From Balanoglossus misakiensis (lineage: Eukaryota; Animalia; Hemichordata), in assembly GCA_040954595.2 (NCBI GenBank), contig CM082582.2, positions 10,159,483 through 10,223,482 of the forward strand: a stretch of 64,000 bases of DNA. Direction: 5' to 3'. The position numbers were made by a program, and so were the translations under genes. The first letter of the stretch is position 1; each line of letters begins with the position of its first letter. The notes below the pieces were generated by a model. It saw only the letters and a program-made list of their open reading frames with translations, made no database searches and was not told where the DNA came from. Of the stretch, positions 49,501 through 60,765 are shown piece by piece.

Positions 49501-52345
49501 CAGGAAATCATCAAAAAATGACAATTTTTTCGACTTTGCGGAAAGTCAAAATTTGGTCGATTTTTGAAAAAAATGATGGGTTATAGCTCAGGAAATCATC
49601 AAAAAATGACAATTTTTCGACTTTGCGGAAAGTCAAAATTTGGTCGATTTTTGAAAAAAATCATGGGTTATAGCTCAGGAAATCATCAAAAAATGACAAT
49701 TTTTCGACTTTGCGGAAAGTCAAAATTTGGTCGATTTTTGAAAAAAATCATGGGTTATAGCTCAGGAAATCATCAAAAAATGACAATTTTTCGACTTTGC
49801 GAAAAGTCAAAATTTGGTCGATTTTTGAAAAAAATCATGGGTTATAGCTCAGGAAATCATCAAAAAATGACAATTTTTCGACTTTGCGAAAAGTCAAAAT
49901 TTGGTCGATTTTTGAAAAAAATCATGGGTTATAGCTCAGGAAACCATCAAAAAATGACAATTTTTCGACTTTGCGAAAAGTCAAAATTTGGTCGATTTTT
50001 GAAAAAAATCATGGGTTATAGCTCAGGAAATCATCAAAAAATGACAATTTTTCGACTTTGCGGAAAGTCAAAATTTGGTCGATTTTTGAAAAAAATCATG
50101 GGTTATAGCTCAGGAAATCATCAAAAAATGACAATTTTTCGACTTTGCGGAAAGTCAAAATTTGGTCGATTTTTGAAAAAAATCATGGGTTATAGCTCAG
50201 GAAATCATCAAAAATTGACAATTTTTCGACTTTGCGGAAAGTCAAAATTTGGTCGATTTTTGAAAAAAATCATGGGTTATAGCTCAGGAAATCATCAAAA
50301 AATGACAATTTTTCGACTTTGCGGAAAGTCAAAATTTGGTCGATTTTTGAAAAAAATCATGGGTTATAGCTCAGGAAATCATCAAAAAATGACAATTTTT
50401 CGACTTTGCGGAAAGTCAAAATTTGGTCGATTTTTGAAAAAAATCATGGGTTATAGCTCAGGAAATCATCAAAAAATGACAATTTTTCGACTTTGCGGAA
50501 AGTCAAAATTTGGTCGATTTTTGAAAAAAATCATGGGTTATAGCTCAGGAAATCATCAAAAAATGACAATTTTTCGACTTTGCGGAAAGTCAAAATTTGG
50601 TCGATTTTTGAAAAAAATCATGGGTTATAGCTCAGGAAATCATCAAAAAATGACAATTTTTCGACTTTGCGGAAAGTCAAAATTTGGTCGATTTTTGAAA
50701 AAAATCATGGGTTATAGCTCAGGAAATCATCAAAAAATGACAATTTTTCGACTTTGCGAAAAGTCAAAATTTGGTCGATTTTTGAAAAAAATCATGGGTT
50801 ATAGCTCAGGAAATCATCAAAAAATGACAATTTTTCGACTTTGCGAAAAGTCAAAATTTGGTCGATTTTTGAAAAAAATCATGGGTTATAGCTCAGGAAA
50901 TCATCAAAAAATGACAATTTTTCGACTTTGCGAAAAGTCAAAATTTGGTCGATTTTTGAAAAAAATCATGGGTTATAGCTCAGGAAATCATCAAAAAATG
51001 ACAATTTTTCGACTTTGCGAAAAGTCAAAATTTGGTCGATTTTTGAAAAAAATCATGGGTTATAGCTCAGGAAATCATCAAAAAATGACAATTTTTCGAC
51101 TTTGCGGAAAGTCAAAATTTGGTCGATTTTTGAAAAAAATCATGGGTTATAGCTCAGGAAATCATCAAAAAATGACAATTTTTCGACTTTGCGAAAAGTC
51201 AAAATTTGGTCGATTTTTGAAAAATCATGGGTTATAGCTCAGGAAAATCATCAAAAAATGACATTTTTTCGACTTTGCGAAAAGTCAAAATTTGGTCGAT
51301 TTTTGAAAAAAATCATGGGTTATAGCTCAGGAAAATCATCAAAAAATGACAATTTTTCGACTTTGCGAAAAGTCAAAATTTGGTCGATTTTTGAAAAAAA
51401 TCATGGGTTATAGCTCAGGAAATCATCAAAAAATGACAATTTTTCGACTTTGCGAAAAGTCAAAATTTGGCCGATTTTTGAAAAAAATCATGGGTTATAG
51501 CTCAGGAAATCATCAAAAAATGACAATTTTTCGACTTTGCGGAAAGTCAAAATTTGGTCGATTTTTGAAAAAAATCATGGGTTATAGCTCAGGAAATCAT
51601 CAAAAAATGACAATTTTTCGACTTTGCGAAAAGTCAAAATTTGGTCGATTTTTGAAAAAAATCATGGGTTATAGCTCAGGAAATCATCAAAAAATGACAA
51701 TTTTTCGACTTTGCGGAAAGTCAAAATTTGGTCGATTTTTGAAAAAAATCATGGGTTATAGCTCAGGAAATCATCAAAAAATGACAATTTTTCGACTTTG
51801 CGGAAAGTCAAAATTTGGTCGATTTTTGAAAAAAATCATGGGTTATAGCTCAGGAAATCATCAAAAAATGACAATTTTTCGACTTTGCGAAAAGTCAAAA
51901 TTTGGTCGATTTTTGAAAAAAATCATGGGTTATAGCTCAGGAAATCATCAAAAAATGACAATTTTTCGACTTTGCGAAAAGTCAAAATTTGGTCGATTTT
52001 TGAAAAAAATCATGGGTTATAGCTCAGGAAATCATCAAAAAATGACAATTTTTCGACTTTGCGGAAAGTCAAAATTTGGTCGATTTTTGAAAAAAATCAT
52101 GGGTTATAGCTCAGGAAATCATCAAAAAATGACAATTTTTCGACTTTGCGAAAAGTCAAAATTTGGTCGATTTTTGAAAAAAATCATGGGTTATAGCTCA
52201 GGAAATCATCAAAAAATGACAATTTTTCGACTTTGCGAAAAGTCAAAATTTGGTCGATTTTTGAAAAAAATCATGGGTTTTAGCTCACGAAATCATCAAA
52301 AACTGACAATTTTTCGATTTGGCGAAGTTGAAAAAATTCATGAAA
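37560..52345. repeat. Satellite array, 87-bp monomer, about 170 copies
   Basis: Consensus TCATGGGTTATAGCTCAGGAAATCATCAAAAAATGACAATTTTTCGACTTTGCG(A/G)AAAGTCAAAATTTGGTCGATTTTTGAAAAAAA. Near-identical core ~37646-52270 with degenerate monomers at both ends. Confidence 0.99.
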
Positions 52346-53714
52346 AAAGTTTTTATAGGTTATTAAAAATTCAAATGCCTTATTTTAGCCAGGTAGTCTC
52401 ACTTACCTTTTGATCAGCAAAAGTAGTGCGTTTCCATGGAATCGTCACGTATCAACATTCTAGCAAGACTTTCAAATCTTCTTGCCTTTTGATTGATAAT
52501 ATCTAATTCCGTTTGTCGCCATTACATTGCTTGTTGTCTTAGCATAAAGCTCCTACAGAGTTTAGTAACGTTGCCGTATAATTAAATTGAACAATTTAAA
52601 AGAAATATTTTGTCCTTGTTTTGCGACTGAAACGGCAACAAAACATACTCGCCAAAGAATCCAAATTTGGAAGGCTTGGGTAGTTTGTGTCCAATTACTC
52701 TGTGAATCATACTAAATGCAGTTTTAATCAGGCAATCATTGAACAAACATAATTGTGATGCTCCTCGATAAAAGAAAAGAGCGAAAATTACCTGCTGCTC
52801 AGAGCAAACAGAGAAATTTTGATATTTTGTGATTATTCATTCTTCTCTTACTACTACCTTAAGTTTGATATGAACGTGTTATACAAGATGTTAGTCAAGA
52901 CGTAAAAACTACTGAGAGGTCATAATTCTTTGAGCAACTGCATTATTGATTTATCAAAAGAAAAAAATTAATGTCAAAAGTAAACTTTTTTGCCCTTTAA
53001 ATGTTATTCTCTAAATGGGTGCATGCATTTTTGATGCACGGAGATATGATACTTTTTTTATTTATTTTTAATCTTGAAAGATATGATATTGATAACTTGG
53101 TGTAATAATTAAAAGGACAAAAGGACATATACACTACGACATTGGATAACCAATCAATTATTCTTTATTGCCAATTAACAATGAGTAAATTCCATTTAAT
53201 ACAATACAGTTAAGTAATTAAAATTCAACATTGAAGCTAAAAGTAAATCTGACTCCATCTCTTTAATTGTCATTTGCGCGAGCCGGCGCGACTGGCTTAC
53301 ATAAAAGACATGTTACTAGAGAAAAAATACACATTTTATTACAACAAAAACGTATAATAAAGAAGTTGAAATTCATTTTGAAAACGAGGTTGATGAAATC
53401 ACCTTAATCTAAATATAATTCTATTTACGTCGAAAACATTTTCCATTTGTTTATCAGAGTCAAAATATATGAAATATCATTTAGAAAATTAGACAGTTTC
53501 ATGTAAATTTTGCATTCCATGGGGTACACGGCATATTTACGAAAATATATTATAAAATCACATGACTCTCAATTTTATACAACAAGAAATCTGGTAGAAA
53601 GACAATAGAATTAATTGAGGAAACGGAGTTGCGGACAACCACATCGGTCAATAGAATTACATGTACTTGAAAAACGTCAAATTCGAAATAAAACCGCTAC
53701 CCTTCCCCAGTTTT

Positions 53715-54740
53715 TCACTTGTCTTGGTTACTTCCTCCCCTACTTGCAACAGGAGCGACCGTGATAATTTCCGTAGCGGGCACCGACGGGTTGCCTAAAA
53801 TCATAGACCTCAGAGCCTTTTGAAACAATCGGTACTTGAAGGCGTAAATGAATGGATTGGCACATGAATTGCAGTAAGCTAGAATTATGGTAAAATGGTA
53901 AAATGCCCCGTGAAAATTCACATGACCCCCGAAGTTGAACTGCAGGAATGTAAATTGATTAGGAGACCAACAGATGACGTAGACAAAGAACACCATGCAA
54001 GACGTCATTGTAAGGTTGCGTTTTATGGCCAAATTGGCTGGCTTGGGTGTGTTTTGATTGGGATGTCGCTGGGGCACGTTTAACTGGTTTTCCGGGCCTA
54101 TGCGCTTTACCTGGCGTCCGAACACCAAGATGATTCTACTGAAGGCGAAGATCATGAAGGCGACCGGGAAACCAAATTCTATCAGGAACGTCGCGGCGCC
54201 CACCAGTCTCTGAAGGGCTTGGCTCGGGAAAGGTCGAATCGTACAGCTACCGTGCGCGTTCACGTGGAGAAAGATGGGGAAGAACATTTGGACGATCGGC
54301 CCGCACATCCACGCCAAGAGGGCGGCGACTCGAAGTCGTCGCCGGCTGAATAAGGTGCCGTAGTTCAGCGGGTTGACGACGGCGCAGTATCGCTCACTCG
54401 ACAGAGCGACCAGGTTGAATGTGGAGGCGGCGAAAGAAGACCACAGCGGGAAGCGCTGGATCCACAGTTTGCAGACGAGGTCGCCGTACAATCCGGTTGT
54501 CGGTATGTTGATGTAGGGCGTGGAGAACGTGATGGCCATCAGAAAAAATGAAGCCATTAGGTCGATCGCCGCCTGGTTGACGATCAGAAAGTTCGTCTGC
54601 TTGCGGAACGACCTCTCGCGGACGAAAACGACACAGACGATGCAGTTTCCGAGGAAGCCGACAGACCCAACGATGCCTGCTGTCAAGTATGGGATTAAGT
54701 TGTCGCTGTGGTTGACACCAACAGTATCGTTGGTCGCCAT
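53715..54740 (-). CDS. Intronless rhodopsin-class GPCR, galanin/allatostatin-receptor-like orphan, 341 aa
   Basis: Seven hydrophobic segments; GFLGN (TM1), NFLIVNQAAIDL (TM2), C..W, ASTFNLVALSSERY (TM3), CWSPNQ (TM6), NSCANPFIY (TM7); N-glycosylation sites NDT and NHS at the N-terminus. Confidence 0.93.
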   Translation of the reverse strand: MATNDTVGVNHSDNLIPYLTAGIVGSVGFLGNCIVCVVFVRERSFRKQTNFLIVNQAAIDLMASFFLMAITFSTPYINIPTTGLYGDLVCKLWIQRFPLWSSFAASTFNLVALSSERYCAVVNPLNYGTLFSRRRLRVAALLAWMCGPIVQMFFPIFLHVNAHGSCTIRPFPSQALQRLVGAATFLIEFGFPVAFMIFAFSRIILVFGRQVKRIGPENQLNVPQRHPNQNTPKPANLAIKRNLTMTSCMVFFVYVICWSPNQFTFLQFNFGGHVNFHGAFYHFTIILAYCNSCANPFIYAFKYRLFQKALRSMILGNPSVPATEIITVAPVASRGGSNQDK

Positions 54741-57700
54741 CTTTTCGTCTTTTTTTTTTCTTCACTGTCTTCACAGGCACTGTCTCGTAGGCGCCAAAAT
54801 ACTTGTCTTCTGGAGAGAGAAAAAGATGGGCGGAGAGAAGTCGTAAATGACGATAAACATGTGGTACACCCAAGATATTGGCACAAGGGAAGATGAGAAA
54901 AATTAGCTTCGCCGGGAATGTGGATGTAAGTAGTCTGGTCATCTTTGCCTGCACGGCGGTTGCGTGAAAACAGAAAAGATGACGTTTTGAAATAGACAGT
55001 CGACAAATTCTATAAAATGGCAGATAGTTGGGTTTTAAAGCTTTTCCCTGTTGCTTTTCATCAGTCAGATTTCAATTCTGGTGGGAACCAATAAATAAGG
55101 TCGTTGTTCCAGTTAAAATACAAATTCCGAACGCTCTCACCTTCAAACTGGATCGGCGAAAACAGGTACGCTTTTTAGTTTTCTATTATTGCCGAAGCGA
55201 TGTTCGAAATCCCCGACAACCACACGCCAAGTTACTCGATGTGCGCGAGACTCCGTGCCGCGGAGATTTGATGCGCGGGTTGGAAGAGCGAAGCAGATAA
55301 TGGGGACATTCGGGAGACAGAGTCTGTTTCATTGGTTGATGTGAATAGAAGCAATGGCCAATCACAGCACCGAAAACGACACCGTTTTCGCGGAAGAGAA
55401 CCCCCCTCCCCCTTCCACGAGCTTGATAGAACTAAAGATAATATACCGAACGGGATTTCGGAGTGAATAGGCGTGATTCAGTTGCCAAGGAAACGTGGCA
55501 CTGAAGTGTGTTGCAACTACCTGTAAAGAGGTTGAACGCAGAAAATGATTCGGTCAAGTAAAAGGATCGGTGAAGTCAATGACTGCAAATGCAAGTAATA
55601 TTATACCATAAATAAAAAAAATGGAAAAATAAACGGTACGATTGTGATAGCATGAGTGAAGCAGTAGCGGATCTACTCTCATGTTTTTCCATATCATGAA
55701 GTAAACGACCACACTTTATATGAATAGGTTGCCATTCTGAAGAAATAGGCCTAAACTCACGTTTCCGCGAAATCCAGGATATTTCTCAACCGGAACGCCC
55801 ACATCAGCAGCAACTATAGGGGCAGGTGAATAAAGGTCAGAATCGTCTCGTAAAATATTCAAAACCGAAATATTGGCATGAAAGAAATATGAACTTACAT
55901 CGATATGCTTACAGAAACAGATCACTTTTATTAAAATTTCTGTCGTGTGCTTGGTTTTCATTGACCTCAAAGCATGTTGAAAGACATTCAGATTGTCTAG
56001 GAAGTCTGCATATAATACTGTGTTATTTTCGACAAGCAAATTCTAGATGAACCACTGGCAAAAAGAATATGCATTTCAAACTTGCAGACGTGATAGACGT
56101 GCATTTGGGAGTACACAAAGAACAGTTAGGGTTTTACAAAGTTCAATAACATTGATAAAACCGAAAAAATGATCACGTGCTAATTACATCTAATTTAATG
56201 AGTTCTAAAGGAGGATGTGCTCTGTTCATTTTTCACCAATAACGGAAGAAGGAAACGTTACCTATGGCGTCATCGTGATATTAATTATGCACCGTGCACT
56301 TCTGAGAAGAGTGGAAAATGCCTTATCGGTAGAACAAAAAAACGCGGGATTCTGGAAGGTCTTTTGAATGTACAGATCATATAGATAATACATCCACCAG
56401 TCTTCCCATTGGACTGTATTGCGCGTTGGTGAATAGAGAAATTCAATATTGATTTCTACTGAAATCAAACCCCATGCTTTGAAATCGTCCCATTAATCAT
56501 TGAAGGTATCCTGGTACATGTATATGGTTACGAGAAGAAAATGTTACCTCCGATTAAAATTAAACTTTAATACTCCGACTGAAAAACGTGTACACAGCAA
56601 ATTGAGGGGAAAACAGGAGAAAGCAAATAAAATTGTACATGTACACATTTGTCACGTAAGGGGGGGAACCTGATTAACTATCAAATCAGGAAAATTTTTA
56701 TTTTTAAGTGGCGTTCATACTGTGGTATTGCTATATCTAAATTTTGGAGGACACGGAATGCAAATTTGGTAATCAATTTACATGTTTCGTTTTGGCGACA
56801 AGAGTATATCTTACAAGTATCAATTTGTTTCCATGTTTACAGGTGATCTTTCGCCTAGTTTTGGATTGCCTGAGCGTCAGTTGGAAGCAAAGACCAAGGT
56901 CTCAGTTGCTATGGCCAATTTCAGGAACAGATTTATTTTGCCAAAATTGCGACTTTTCACTTTCTTTGCATTTATCAGTATCTATAATGGTTGCAAACCT
57001 GACGCTTTTTGAGTTTCAATGGGACGACAGAGTTTGCTACAAATTAACGGGCCGACCTTTGACCTTACCTGTTTCAATTATCTCAACATCAAGGCAGTGT
57101 TGGGGTAAAAAAAATGATACAGACACAAGTATTTCATTTCAATCTAGTTCATTGAAATTTTAATTTCAAAGTTTTAAATCCATAAACAAAAGAGGATACA
57201 TGTATACAGTATTATCTGTACACTTACAATATGAAAAAGGTAAACATCAATGGAAAGACTATTGTCATTTGTTATCAGGTGGTCACTACAGACTGCCAGT
57301 AACAGTTACACCGCGGAAAATGGACACTTCGTCCTAAGCTTGGTTGCCGGATACCCATCTGGTTTTTTGCATCTGCAAAACAAGCAATTTAGAAATGAAT
57401 GCCTATAATAGCCATGGGCATGAAACAAAGCATGATCACCACTGTACGCCAATTGTTCATTCGTAGATGGTACATAATTTAAATCTGTATGGCTGCCTGG
57501 AATTTCACTCTCTATATGGCAACTCGATTAAATTCTACTGCAACAACGATAGAGATCTGCTCACATAAGCTTATAATTGTACTCTAGTTGAACCGACAAC
57601 TCCTGGACATTGTGAACAAACACACCCCACCCTATCATGCATTGTCTCCGTCATTGCTTCAATGTTCTTTCCCACAATTCTTACCTTCCCACAACGGTAA

Positions 57701-58518
57701 TCTCTGGACATCAATCACGCAGGCTGGCAATCATATTAGCATCATCTATGGAATCTCTGGAATAAATGAAAAGTATGTAAAGATGGCTGACATGTTTGTG
57801 CCATAACAAAATGGCCACACCTAGCATCTAGCAGTCAGGACGATTTTAAAACATCCACATATTTTACCGGTTCCATATTGTTACATGCAGGTTTGTGAAA
57901 AATCGGTTCGTTCGACTGGGAAACGGCATCAGTCTGAATCGAAAAAACAAAAACTTCAAAATGGCCTCCATGCATGAAAAGAGGGGCTTTGATGTCTATA
58001 TCGCTTGTCAAACCTTACTTGAAACCTCTGGTCTTCTTGCAGCCATTGAAGATACTGCCCTTACCGCACCGTCAGCTGTACTGCTGTATGGCGAAAACAA
58101 CTAGTAGCTTAGGCCCCAGCTTTGTTGATGAATACTATTATGAGTTGATCTCGTCTCTGGATCTGCAAAACAAGGAAATGAAGTGAATGTATGTAATAAT
58201 CATGATCGTTCAGTCATGGAACATACCTGCCCTTACCTCACCCAGCTATACCGCTGCATGGCGAAAAAAACTCTGGTCTCTGCATCTGCAAAACAAGCAA
58301 ATGAAAGTGAATATTCATGAACACGAAAGAAAACGTCTACCGCGATCACCGTACCACAAAGACGAATGTCAGCAAAAAAAACCACTCGGGTTATACTAGT
58401 ATGTTTCGATAACGTTTTATTGATTGCAGTTGTGGTAAATGGGTAAAGATTACAATTCTCAACAATAAAAATGAAAGTAAATAACTTATTTTACCATAAA
58501 ACAGGCTAACGGAGACAT

Positions 58519-59258
58519 ACGTGTACGTTTTTAATATTTTATTGAAAAATGACGAAAGATGACAAATCTGACAAAACCTATATTAACTACTAGTAAATAC
58601 GCACGCTCGAAGATGATCGATACGGAAATAAACCACTCAGTTTATCAGTACAACGTGTATGTTTTTAATTTTTTATTGAAAATGACGAAAGATGACAACT
58701 CTGGCAAAACCTGTATTAACTACTAGTAAATACGCACGCTCGAAGATGATCGGTACGGAAATAAACCACTCAGTTTATCAGTACAACGTGTATGTTTTTA
58801 ATTTTTTATTGAAAAATGACGAAAGATGACAACTCTGGCAAAACCTGTATTAACTACTAGTAAATACGCACGCTCGAAGATGATCGGTACGGAAATAAAC
58901 CACTCAGTTTATCAGTACAACGTGTATGTTTTTAATTTTTTATTGAAAATGACGAAAGATGACAAATCTGACAAAACCTATATTAACTACTGGTAAATAC
59001 GCACGCTCGAAGATGATCGGTACGGAAATAAACCACTCAGTTTATCAGTACAACGTGTATGTTTTTAATATTTTATTGAAAAATGACGAAAGATGACAAA
59101 TCTGACAAAACCTATATTAACTATTAGTAAATACGCACGCTCGAAGATGATCGGTACGGAAATAAACCACTCAGTTTATCAGTACAACGTGTATGTTTTT
59201 ATTTTTTTATTGAAAAATGACGAAAGATGACAAATCTAAAAAACTTGCATTAATTATA
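58519..59258. repeat. Minisatellite, 133-134 bp unit, ~5.5 copies
   Basis: The unit start ACGTGTA recurs at 58519, 58653, 58786, 58920, 59053 and 59187; each unit contains GAAAATGACGAAAGATGACAA...TAAATACGCACGCTCGAAGATGATCG..ACGGAAATAAACCACTCAGTTTATCAGTACA. Confidence 0.97.
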
Positions 59259-59745
59259 TTAAACCGTCGGTCAGAGGGATGGGACCCACCCGCCCCGGGG
59301 ATTTTATTTATGTCTATATAACTTACTTGTTTTAAGCCTCATATAATCCACTGGTCTTCATTCAGCCATGGATCATACAAACGCTCACCTCATTGTAGGC
59401 TAGTTGCATGGCCCAAATATACCGTACAACTTACCGTGACACACACATGCGCGCACACACACACACACACTCACAACAACGAGCACCTTTCGAAGCATTC
59501 AAAGCCGATGAACTTGTTGGTGCCGTAACAAAAATGACCCATACACCGAGCATGTGGTCATGTTGGTTCTAAAACTTCAATGACATCCACATATATAGCA
59601 TCCGCATTGTTGCATTCTTCAGATTTGAGTAAAATCGGTTCGCTGAACTGGCTACCGGCACCAGTCAGAATCGTTGAAAGATCTTAAAAAAATTGCCAAA
59701 AAAACTTGGCTGATACCGCTTACTTTGACATCATGCTTGATAACA

Positions 59746-60609
59746 TCATAGCATCCACGCAGAGTATAGCAGCAGTTGGTCTGGGCGTTCGATCTGCAAA
59801 AAAAGGGAAACAAATTGAATGCCTATCCATGAACACGAAACCAAAGATCAACCGTCATCACCGTACGCTGAACTGGTGTTCATCCGCATATTGTACATCA
59901 TACACGACGACAATAGTATGTTTTAGGGCTTCGCTGGGAAACAAGTAGCCTGAAACCCCAGCATGGCACTATGTACATTTAATTACATATTTTCAAGTTA
60001 GGCCTACAGCCTAGCGGATTTTTTTTTTTATAAAACTCCGACAAAAATATTTTTGGCAAAGACTTCACGGACACACAATAATAAATATTCCCAATGAAGC
60101 GTTTCAAAGCATATTTTGCTATTATCTGGTAGGATAATACAAAATTTGCATTCATTTACACCCGAAAACACGCTGACTGCACGTGTACCCGCTGTAGCTG
60201 TCAATTCATCGAACCCGCTACCGATTCATCTTAGGCCCCTTCCCCTTTCCCGAAAACTACCTTGTTTTGTATGTAAAAAAACCTGCCGCCCACCAGTAGA
60301 GCTATAACACCGACCTGTCTTAATTTGATAAACCGTACATCTCGAGTAGAGTAACGCGAAACGGTGGCATTTGTGAATTAAAACGCAGGGAAGCGCTGAC
60401 TCGAAGTGTCTGACTGCCACGCACCCAATTGTTAAATTCTATGGTGTAAACGTCTGGCTTTTTAGTTGTCCGTAATTCGCCACAGAATAACCCATGTTTC
60501 TGGTCAAAAATGGAGTAACTATGTCTACTTCTGTTACTTTACTTACCGTGGTCTTCATGAAAACTATCCAGCGGAGAAACTCTGTTTTGGGGGCCAGAGT
60601 TTTCCGCAT
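59746..60609 (-). CDS. Putative spliced small ORF (54 aa) with one hydrophobic segment; may be a lncRNA or gene relic
   Basis: Phase-0 exons 60609-60547 (MRKTLAPKTEFLRWIVFMKTT|gtaagt), 60314-60261 (cag|VGVIALLVGGRFFYIQNK|gtagtt) and 59793-59746 (ttttgcag|IERPDQLLLYSAWML*). No homology recognised. Confidence 0.35.
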
Positions 60610-60710
60610 CTTCTCGTGGTCCGTGCAGCAACGTGGCCGTCTGACTCTCTTATGAAAATGCACGGAAGGCTAGACGGAAATTTCCAAGTAGAGATGGTCC
60701 AGGTGGCTTC

Positions 60711-60765
60711 AGCCAATCAGCAGCGAAAGCTTTGCATTGACGAGTCTCAAGTCACGTCACGTGAC
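60711..60765. promoter_or_regulatory. CCAAT box and palindromic GTCACGTGAC E-box (USF/MiT-TFE CLEAR-like) upstream of the minus-strand small-ORF transcript
   Basis: AGCCAATCAG at 60711-60720 and GTCACGTGAC at 60756-60765, 100-150 bp upstream of the ATG at 60609. Confidence 0.4.

Noticed and set aside
37646-52270. CRISPR-like or telomeric array
   Set aside because: No unique spacers, eukaryotic context, no TTAGGG repeats, and ordinary genes on both sides.
37736-52413. Long ORFs (up to 721 aa) of a 29-aa repeat MGYSSGNHQKMTIFRLCEKSKFGRFLKKI
   Set aside because: 87 is a multiple of 3 and one frame happens to lack stops. ORFs break at A-run indels and point mutations, repeats are nearly identical at the DNA level, and there is no gene structure. 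Satellite, not protein.
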